64,000 bases of DNA, taken from Candidatus Pacebacteria bacterium CG2_30_36_39. Lineage in GTDB: Bacteria > Patescibacteriota > Microgenomatia > UBA1400 > PJMF01. This document shows, one piece after another, positions 56,582-64,000 of the stretch. Numbering within the stretch: position 1 is the stretch's first letter; every line of letters begins with the position of its first letter. The translations under genes were made by a program, and so were the position numbers. The notes below the pieces were generated by a model that saw only the letters and a list, made by a program, of their open reading frames with translations, did no database searches and was not told where the DNA came from. The stretch spans positions 307,004 through 371,003 of the forward strand of contig MNZB01000004.1 of NCBI GenBank assembly GCA_001873435.1. The letters are read 5' to 3'.

Positions 56582-57757
56582 ATGATAGATTTAGTCAAAT
56601 TAACTTTAATAGCAGGAGATGGTGGACACGGACGCATCTCTTTTCGTCATGAGAAATATGCTCCAAAAGGTGGTCCGGATGGAGGTCATGGTGGTGATGG
56701 TGGCAATATTGTTTTGCGTGCATCTGGGCATTTTAATACTCTAAAACATTACATGGGCAAAAAGGAGATTACTGCGGGTGTTGGTGAAACTGGTGGTCGT
56801 CGTCAAAAAACAGGTGAAAGAGGTGAGGACATAATTTTGGAAGTACCGCTAGGCACTGTTGTTTTTTTGGAAAATGAAAATCACCAGGGTCTTATTCGCA
56901 GAAAAAAATATGGCGTTAGTCATTTGCTCAATAGAAATGAAATTGAATTTGATAAATATTTTACTGAAAAAGAAGGACAAGGAATTCCTTTTAGAGATGC
57001 AGACAGTCTACTGGGTCTAGATGAGGGAAAATTAGAGTTAGTTACTTTTACCGAAGCTGGTCAAGAAGTTGTAATTTGCCAAGGAGGTTTTGGTGGCAGA
57101 GGAAATACTTCTTTCAAAGGTTCTACTAATACCACTCCATTAGAGGCAGAATATGGAACTTTTGGTGAAAAGAAGGTAATTACCCTAGAGTTGAAGTTAT
57201 TGGCTGATATTGGCCTGGTAGGTTACCCCAACGCAGGTAAAAGTACTTTGCTTTCGAAAATTACTAAGGCAAATCCTAAAACAGCCAATTATCCCTTTAC
57301 AACAATTGAACCAAATCTAGGTGTTTTGAGCTTAGCTGATGGTAGAGATGTTGTGGTTGCTGATATTCCAGGTTTAATAGAAGGGGCTAGCGAAGGCAAG
57401 GGTCTGGGTTTGGATTTTTTACGTCATATTGAAAATAGTAAAATGTTGCTTTTTATTTTGTTCTTACCAGAAGAAGTGGTTTCAGATACCAATTTGAGTG
57501 ATGAAGAAAAAGCGGATCAAGTTTGGAATCAATATCAAGCTTTGCGTCAGGAGCTAAAACAGTATCACCCAGCTTTACTTGAAAAACCATTTTTGGTTAG
57601 TTTAAATAAGATTGATATTTATAGCGATGAGCTTCGTCAGGCTATTGTTAATAAATTTGTCAAAGAAAAACAAACCTTACAGATTTTCAGTGGTTTTACT
57701 GGTGATGGATTAAGTGAAATTAAACAACAGATTGCTGATTTGGTTTTTGTTAAATAA
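56582..57757 (+). CDS. obgE: GTPase ObgE
   Basis: GGPDGGHGGDGG, LKLLADIGLVGYPNAGKST, YPFTT, DIPGLIEGA, NKID. Confidence 0.97.
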   Translation: MIDLVKLTLIAGDGGHGRISFRHEKYAPKGGPDGGHGGDGGNIVLRASGHFNTLKHYMGKKEITAGVGETGGRRQKTGERGEDIILEVPLGTVVFLENENHQGLIRRKKYGVSHLLNRNEIEFDKYFTEKEGQGIPFRDADSLLGLDEGKLELVTFTEAGQEVVICQGGFGGRGNTSFKGSTNTTPLEAEYGTFGEKKVITLELKLLADIGLVGYPNAGKSTLLSKITKANPKTANYPFTTIEPNLGVLSLADGRDVVVADIPGLIEGASEGKGLGLDFLRHIENSKMLLFILFLPEEVVSDTNLSDEEKADQVWNQYQALRQELKQYHPALLEKPFLVSLNKIDIYSDELRQAIVNKFVKEKQTLQIFSGFTGDGLSEIKQQIADLVFVK

Positions 57758-57780
57758 TTAGTAATTAAAACTGTGTAAAT

Positions 57781-57808
57781 AAAAACCCCACCATATGGTG
57801 GGGTTTTT
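57781..57808. terminator. Bidirectional terminator between convergent genes
   Basis: aaaaaccccaccatatggtggggttttt perfect palindrome. Confidence 0.88.
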
Positions 57809-57828
57809 AGGTTCTTTGTAATTTTTAA

Positions 57829-59889
57829 TTACTGCACAATGGCTGGATCTAACGGAGCATCTAATCCTGGATTTAAGATATCAGCTTCTTGCTGTTGTAC
57901 GTTCTGCTGAGTAATTCCTGGTTGTTGAGTGCCAGTTGGAGCAGGTGGTACTTCAGGAGCTGTGGTTGTCTCTTGAGTGCCAGTTGGGTTAGATTTAATG
58001 ACCTCTTCCAATTGAGCGAGTTGTTGGCTCAAAGTAATGTAATCACTTGAGTCATTCTCTAGCAATAGTAATGCTCTTTGCCATGCCTTTTTAGTATCTT
58101 CTGGCTGGTTCATCTGTTGGAAAGCCAAGCCTAGGTGATAATAAGCGGCAGCCATGTCAGGTTTCAATTCAGCTGCTTGAGCAAAGAAAGTTAGAGCATC
58201 TTGTGACTTTTTGTCGGCCAAAGCAAGTCTTCCAATCTCTAAACGTAAGTTAGGGTTAATTGGATTGACTTGCACTGCGCTTACCAAGCTACTGACTGCC
58301 CAGTTACTAGCTTCAGCTGAAGTACCAATTAAGTTGCGGTAGATTTCAGCTAGAGTGGTCCAGTTGTCTACATCAGCTGGATCAAGTAAGGTAGCAGCCT
58401 TGCCGTCTCTAATTGCTTGGCTGACTAATTGAATAGCTTGTTGCTTTTCTTCTTCAGTGATATCTGCATTATTTGAAAGTGCGATGGCAATTTGAAGATT
58501 GGTTAAAGCATATTCTCTACGGAAAGTATCGAGATAGCGGTTGGTAGCAACTGCTTTTCTTTGATTCTCATAGAGCTGAACAATATCTTTTTTAGCTAGA
58601 GCGTTATTAGCTCGGTACATATAGTGTTGAGCAATGTATGACATTCCCACTAAGTATGTTGTTCCCAAAGAAGCAACAGCTAATAATATGGCAGTAAGGT
58701 TCAAGAACCAATTCTTTTTGCCAAAGATACGTTGAATGAATTCAAGTTTCTTTGGGAAAGATCTAACTTTCCAGGTTCTAAATTGAAGCAAGGAGAAGTG
58801 GTTTTGATTGGCAGCAACCCAGAAGACAAATAGGGCTGCTTGAATTGAGACCATAACTACGTTGGCTGGAACAGCTAGTTGAATAATATAAGTAGCCAAA
58901 AGCATCATTAGTAATGGCTTACTTTCTTTACTTGAAAGTTTGGTTTGTAAGAAAACTTTACCAACTAAGAATAACCAACTAATTAAGCCCAAAAGTCCAA
59001 CTGTGACAACTAAAGTAAGTGGTACGTCACTAGCTGAACCAAAATTAAACTGCCAGTAGGATTGGCCATTGGTCCATAGAGGTTTGAAGCGAGTGTACAT
59101 GTTTACATATGAAGCAGGTCCGTGGCCAATGATGGCGCTTTGTAATGATTCCAAGCTACGGAGCACTACTGTCCAACTTGCTTGGAATGGAGTGAGGGTG
59201 ACTGCAGCAATTTTTCCTGGCAACATTGACCAGCCAGCTAGAAGTAGGCCGAGCAAGTTAACAATGCCCAACCCAAGATCTGTCGTGGTTAGGTTTTTCT
59301 TATTAAGTACACCAGCAACTATGCCAACTAGGGCAATTAGCATTACCTGAGCAGCTACAAAAGAGGAGCCGCTGAGGTTGAACAGCAAGCTGTGAGGCAG
59401 GTCGAATGCGGAGATGGAGTTAATTAATCTAGAAGGTCCATAGCCGAATTGTTCCAGCACCATACTGATGGCAAGTAATCCTCCAGAAATTCCCAGGAGT
59501 TTGGTAACTTTTTCAGTGTAGTTACCTTTGACCATGGAGCTACCAAAGATGCCGATTAAAGCTAGAGAGATATAGACTCCACCCATGCCCAATAGTGATT
59601 CGACTGGATATTTCTGTGAAAGAAAGCTAGAAATTAAAACTGAGCCACCAAATAAGGCCAACGGAAGAGTTAAAGGGGAGACAGCCAATTCCCATTTTTT
59701 CTTACTGAATGTTTTAATAGCAAATCCTAGGGTAACTAAAAGAGCAATTAGAAAAAGGAAAAGTGATTTGGTATCAACAATTAAGTTTCTGGTGTAAGGC
59801 ACGACTAATAGAGGGGCAATGACTAGTAAAGCTTGAAGCAGGATTGCGGTGCTACTTTGAACAAAAGAGAGGGCAGAATTGTTTTTCAT
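57829..59889 (-). CDS. Polytopic membrane protein (O-antigen ligase-like) with C-terminal TPR repeats
   Basis: About 12 TM helices; IGHGPASY loop, L..VGLLGL; TPR motifs (LDPADVDNW, VNPINPNL, LKPDMAAAYY). Confidence 0.72.
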   Translation of the reverse strand: MKNNSALSFVQSSTAILLQALLVIAPLLVVPYTRNLIVDTKSLFLFLIALLVTLGFAIKTFSKKKWELAVSPLTLPLALFGGSVLISSFLSQKYPVESLLGMGGVYISLALIGIFGSSMVKGNYTEKVTKLLGISGGLLAISMVLEQFGYGPSRLINSISAFDLPHSLLFNLSGSSFVAAQVMLIALVGIVAGVLNKKNLTTTDLGLGIVNLLGLLLAGWSMLPGKIAAVTLTPFQASWTVVLRSLESLQSAIIGHGPASYVNMYTRFKPLWTNGQSYWQFNFGSASDVPLTLVVTVGLLGLISWLFLVGKVFLQTKLSSKESKPLLMMLLATYIIQLAVPANVVMVSIQAALFVFWVAANQNHFSLLQFRTWKVRSFPKKLEFIQRIFGKKNWFLNLTAILLAVASLGTTYLVGMSYIAQHYMYRANNALAKKDIVQLYENQRKAVATNRYLDTFRREYALTNLQIAIALSNNADITEEEKQQAIQLVSQAIRDGKAATLLDPADVDNWTTLAEIYRNLIGTSAEASNWAVSSLVSAVQVNPINPNLRLEIGRLALADKKSQDALTFFAQAAELKPDMAAAYYHLGLAFQQMNQPEDTKKAWQRALLLLENDSSDYITLSQQLAQLEEVIKSNPTGTQETTTAPEVPPAPTGTQQPGITQQNVQQQEADILNPGLDAPLDPAIVQ

Positions 59890-59972
59890 ATGTACTTCCA
59901 GTATAGTTACTTCTTGGTACTAAGAGTAGTAGAAAAATGCTTTTGAAGAAAGGGGAACTTTTCCCGAAATAA

Positions 59973-60725
59973 ATGTCATTTTCCTGGCTAAAAAAATCAA
60001 AAAATATCAGTCGGCATCGCTTTGATACAAAGGGTGTTAGTGGTATGTCGATGATTGAGATTTTAATCGTAGTTACGATCATTGGAATTTTATCTATTGC
60101 TCTATTTGTTGGTTACAATCGTCAGATTAGTAGAGCAAGAGATGCCCAACGCAAAGATGATTTAGAAGATTTAAGAATAGCTTTTGAAGACTACTATAAT
60201 GATAACGAGTGTTATCCAGATTTAACGATGTTGAATAATTGTGGTGGCGCTGATTTACAGCCATATCTTAAAGAGATTCCCTGTGATCCTCAAGATGAAT
60301 TGCCGTATTTAGGCTTTTCATTTGAAGGTGATTGGTGCGCTGGATATCGAGTTTTAGCTCAACTAGAAAATCTTAATGACCCAAGTATTGAGGATGTGGG
60401 TTGCGACCAAGTAAATGGTTGCTACTATCAAGACACTAGTTACAACTATGCCATTGCCATGGGTGCACCGATGACTGCTGGTTGGAATCAGGTTGCTGGT
60501 CCAACACCTTTGCCAACAGCAACTTCTGCACCAACTCCGACTTTAGAACCAGGGTCATGGGTAATTGCTCCCGATGGTACTTGTGATCATTATACTTTTG
60601 CTTATTTACCAACAGCTGGGTGTCCTGATACTTATAATTCTTATGATGAGTGTTTTGTGATCAGCGGTTGTACTGGCAGCTGTACAGAAGATGATGTTCC
60701 ATTAGCTATACGTTGTGCTCGTTAG
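59973..60725 (+). CDS. Type IV pilin/GspG-like prepilin with Cys-rich C-terminal extension
   Basis: G|MSMIEILIVVTIIGIL; ARDAQRKDDL..YYND..YP; PT linker. Confidence 0.85.
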   Translation: MSFSWLKKSKNISRHRFDTKGVSGMSMIEILIVVTIIGILSIALFVGYNRQISRARDAQRKDDLEDLRIAFEDYYNDNECYPDLTMLNNCGGADLQPYLKEIPCDPQDELPYLGFSFEGDWCAGYRVLAQLENLNDPSIEDVGCDQVNGCYYQDTSYNYAIAMGAPMTAGWNQVAGPTPLPTATSAPTPTLEPGSWVIAPDGTCDHYTFAYLPTAGCPDTYNSYDECFVISGCTGSCTEDDVPLAIRCAR

Positions 60726-60733
60726 GATAAAAT

Positions 60734-61261
60734 ATGAATATGTTTAAGAAAAAATTAACTGGTTTCACCATGATTGAACTATTAATTGTTATGGTGATTT
60801 TGGCTTTGCTATTAGTAATTGGTTTGGGTTCTTTTACTAGTTCTCAAAGAAAATCTAGAGATTCTGCCCGCAAAACTGACTTACAAAATATTGCTAGAGC
60901 ACTTGAGCTTTATTACAACGATAAGGGTTCTTATCCTATTTATACTGGTAAGAATGGTATTGGTACACAGGATTGGGGAGAGCCTTTTGTGGATCCAGCT
61001 AATCCATCGACTCTTTATATGAATTTACTACCAGAAGATCCTGGTGGCGGAACCTACTACTACACTTCTCAGGATGGTACCAATTTTGAATTATATGCTA
61101 ATCTCGAAAATGAAAATGATGGTGACCTGAATAAGTCAGGTAGCGACATTATGGTTTATACGGGCACAGACTGTGCTATTAATACAATTTCTACTTGTAA
61201 TTATGGTATTGCTAGTACAAATATTGATCCATCTTTTGGACATGCATTGACAGTAGAATAA
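60734..61261 (+). CDS. Type IV pilin/GspG-like prepilin
   Basis: G|FTMIELLIV; SRDSARKTDL..ALELYYND..YP; LPEDP. Confidence 0.9.
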   Translation: MNMFKKKLTGFTMIELLIVMVILALLLVIGLGSFTSSQRKSRDSARKTDLQNIARALELYYNDKGSYPIYTGKNGIGTQDWGEPFVDPANPSTLYMNLLPEDPGGGTYYYTSQDGTNFELYANLENENDGDLNKSGSDIMVYTGTDCAINTISTCNYGIASTNIDPSFGHALTVE

Positions 61262-61277
61262 TTAGTTAAAGGTTCAA

Positions 61278-61745
61278 ATGAAAAATTACTATAAAGCAGG
61301 TTTTACTTTGGTTGAGTTATTAGTAGTAATTGCCATTATTGGTGTTTTAGCAGCTATTGCCTTACCAAACTTATTAGGTGCTCGTGAGAGAGCTCGAGAT
61401 TCAAGAGCAAAAAATTCTTTAATTAATTTACGTAATGCGCTGCGTTTGTATTACAACGATTATCAGGTTTATCCAACAGCATCTGGCGGAGCAATTTTGG
61501 GTTGCGGCGATGCTTCTGCTCCTGGAACAGCAGCGTGTTCTAATGACTTTGAAACTTCTGGAGCCAATGGAACTCTTTATATGAAGGATTTACCTGAGAG
61601 TTTTGTTTATGCTCAAACACAAAGTGGAGATGCATATGAGCTTTATGTGGTGTTAGAAAATGGTTCAGACGCCGAGATTGCAGCGAGCGCTACTCGTTGT
61701 GGAATTGCTAGTCCAGTAGCTAGTGCATATTACACTTGTGAATAA
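61278..61745 (+). CDS. Type IV pilin/GspG-like prepilin
   Basis: G|FTLVELLVVIAIIGVLAAIALP; ARDSRAK..ALRLYYND. Confidence 0.9.
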   Translation: MKNYYKAGFTLVELLVVIAIIGVLAAIALPNLLGARERARDSRAKNSLINLRNALRLYYNDYQVYPTASGGAILGCGDASAPGTAACSNDFETSGANGTLYMKDLPESFVYAQTQSGDAYELYVVLENGSDAEIAASATRCGIASPVASAYYTCE

Positions 61746-61748
61746 ACT

Positions 61749-64000
61749 TTAGTCTATTCTTACGCCTTGAATTTTTAGACCCTCTATCTGGGCATTGCCA
61801 GTTCTCATATCTATGACTTGAGTGCCACACCAATCTCCGGTAGCACCATCATCTCCGCGTTTTCTTACTCTATACCTATAAATGTTGCCGGCAGCAACAT
61901 CCGTGTCACTATATGATTGGGCATTTGGTGTAGTGATATCAACAAATTGCCATTCTTCTGCATTGTTAATTTGTTTTTCAATTTCATAACCGATTTCATC
62001 GGTAGCACCATCAGTCCAATGTAATGTTACAGAGTTATCAAGGCGAGATTCTTCCAAATAACAGCTAGAAGCTCCCTGTACTCCTCCAGTATCTCCATCG
62101 TAGGCTGGCATTGGAGTTGGGGTTAGATATGGAGTTGGTCCTGTTGTAGCCGCAAAGGAAACCATCGATAGGCTTGGGGAAACGAATGGGTCAAAACTAC
62201 TAAAGATAGCTCGATATTGTAGATATTGTCTGCCCAATGATGAGGTTAAAGTTGATCCTGCTGGGTTGGTTAAATAGTTTCCTGAACGGAAGCTATCCAA
62301 CCAAATAGTTCTACCTTCTTGGCCATCAGTTTGTTTAAGAGTAAGAGTATTGATGCCATCCATGTGAGATGAAATTGTGTTGTTGGTGAGAGGCCAGTAT
62401 TCTTGTTGCCATTTGAAGAAGTCAGCGTTTTCTGTAAAGCCTCCGGCTGGGAAAGTGCTGGCAGCGTCCCAACTAGAGACGGTGATTGCGCCGATTGATG
62501 GGGTAACGCTCCTAACTGTTCCTTGAGCTATGTATTCAGTGCCGTTGTAGTTTTCACGGACAATTATTTTATCTCCCTTATATATTCCTGAGCCTTTTGA
62601 GCTTAATCCATATGCAGTGGCGTCAATGTTGAAGCTAGTATCAGTGCTACTGGAAATTACATTACTAACTGCTCCAATAGCAGCAAAATCAATAGTGATT
62701 GGGTGAGATCTCAGTCCTACTTCATAGGCTTGACGTATTTCAGATGCAGAGCGAGCGATATTGCTGATGCGAACTTCATCAAGACTTCCATTGAAATAGG
62801 CAGATCCACAAACAGATACTCCAGAATAGCAGCCCATGTTCATGATATTTGCAGTAGATGTTAGTGCTCCACCAAATGATTTTGAAGCTTTTTCTACGCC
62901 ATTTAGGTATATTTTTACAGTGCCACCAGTCTTTGTGAAAGCAAGATGTTGCCAATTTCCAGTTGTTAATCCAATGTTAGTTGCGCCAAAGGCAGCATAA
63001 TTCCAGTTTGAGCTGTCAGCCCACGAGACTTGTCCTGAAGTATTGATTTGAAATGAATACTGAGAATCTTTGTGGATTGGAGTGGCTGCGGCTGCAAAAG
63101 AGTTTGGTTTAATCCACATGTCCAAAGTAATATCTCCAGTCACATTGGCATTTGAGCCGCTGCTCAGTGCGATAGAACTATTGCTAAATAATCTTCCTTT
63201 ACCAATTTTTCCCTCCACATGTGTTGTTGAAGTAGTTGAGCCATTGTTTGCATTATCACTGCTATCTTTGATATATGCCCCAGAACCTGATCTTTCATCT
63301 AAATGCCACAGAGCTACCGTGTTTGCATCTGGTTGATAATTAGCAAAATTTGATTCACCAATAGTTGCAGTTAAATATGTTCCTGGCCTATCAGCAGCGA
63401 TATAGAAGGGGAGTGAGGCTTTGCTGGAAAGGTCGGTTGCTGAAAAATTATTTAAACTAATATATTTATCTCGACCAGCCCTGTAGCTTTCCGCAATTTC
63501 TTCTGCTGACCTACCTACGTTGGAAATTTTTACCTCATCAATTTTGCCATTAAAGAAATAACTAGTGCCACTACCATAGGCACCAATAATGGCTGTGCCA
63601 GCAGGGTTAGTTTGCAGGGTTTGGGTATAGGCTTTAGTGGCTGCTTCAGCTCCATTTACATATACCTTTTTATTTACGCCATCATAAGTACAAGCTACAT
63701 GGTTCCAGCTGCCATTTACAAAATATGAGTTAGTGGTAAGGGTAAGATCGTCTTGGGTAGGAGTTGTATTGTGGGTTCTAAAATAAAAGGTGTTAGTGTT
63801 ATTAAAGAAGCAAGAATATTGGGTGTTTACCAAGCCGTTAGTAGTTTTTTCAAAGATAAAACCGCTTTGATTGAAGTTGTCAGAATAAACCCACGCTTCA
63901 ATGGTTAGATTTTGGACATCTAAATTTGAGGAAGCGGGGATTAAGACAAAGTCACTACTGCCATTAAAACTTCTTGCTTTGCCAGAAATTCCATTGGTAA
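61749..64000 (-). CDS. LamG/ConA-like repeat + FN3 surface protein (5' end outside window)
   Basis: Frame is open to the window edge (TNGISGKARSFNGSSDFV...TIEAWV); WNHVACTYDG, FNGKIDEVKIS, LWHLDE, FNGSLDEVRIS; FN3 (LHWTD..GYEIE..YRYRV). Confidence 0.88.
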   Translation of the reverse strand, partial: TNGISGKARSFNGSSDFVLIPASSNLDVQNLTIEAWVYSDNFNQSGFIFEKTTNGLVNTQYSCFFNNTNTFYFRTHNTTPTQDDLTLTTNSYFVNGSWNHVACTYDGVNKKVYVNGAEAATKAYTQTLQTNPAGTAIIGAYGSGTSYFFNGKIDEVKISNVGRSAEEIAESYRAGRDKYISLNNFSATDLSSKASLPFYIAADRPGTYLTATIGESNFANYQPDANTVALWHLDERSGSGAYIKDSSDNANNGSTTSTTHVEGKIGKGRLFSNSSIALSSGSNANVTGDITLDMWIKPNSFAAAATPIHKDSQYSFQINTSGQVSWADSSNWNYAAFGATNIGLTTGNWQHLAFTKTGGTVKIYLNGVEKASKSFGGALTSTANIMNMGCYSGVSVCGSAYFNGSLDEVRISNIARSASEIRQAYEVGLRSHPITIDFAAIGAVSNVISSSTDTSFNIDATAYGLSSKGSGIYKGDKIIVRENYNGTEYIAQGTVRSVTPSIGAITVSSWDAASTFPAGGFTENADFFKWQQEYWPLTNNTISSHMDGINTLTLKQTDGQEGRTIWLDSFRSGNYLTNPAGSTLTSSLGRQYLQYRAIFSSFDPFVSPSLSMVSFAATTGPTPYLTPTPMPAYDGDTGGVQGASSCYLEESRLDNSVTLHWTDGATDEIGYEIEKQINNAEEWQFVDITTPNAQSYSDTDVAAGNIYRYRVRKRGDDGATGDWCGTQVIDMRTGNAQIEGLKIQGVRID

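Overview
AT-rich chromosomal window. Gene content (short ValRS, DUF4012-type protein, many small VirB2/TrbC-like pilins, chromosomal VirB4/PrgI/VirD4-like genes, GspG-like prepilins, LamG surface protein) suggests a Patescibacteria/CPR bacterium, probably Microgenomates (inference). It contains the replication origin region (dnaA-oriC-dnaN-rpmH-rnpA-yidD-yidC-jag, all co-oriented) and housekeeping genes (uppS, valS, rplY, radA, rho, obgE, yvcK). It also holds a dispersed T4SS-like system without a relaxase, with nine pilin-domain genes, and several peptidoglycan-active and surface proteins. Best non-coding signals: (i) a cobalamin-riboswitch-like aptamer with a complete expression platform in front of an unknown Zn-ribbon protein; (ii) two adjacent units at 50.8-52.0 kb in which a small ORF is enclosed by extensive RNA structure with paired 5' and 3' ends; (iii) an oriC with DnaA boxes, DnaA-trios and an AT-rich tract, plus a second remote DnaA-box cluster; (iv) many -10 boxes 6-10 nt before start codons, suggesting leaderless mRNAs. 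No tRNA, rRNA, CRISPR array or transposase was recognised. All structures and motifs were read by eye; no searches were run.
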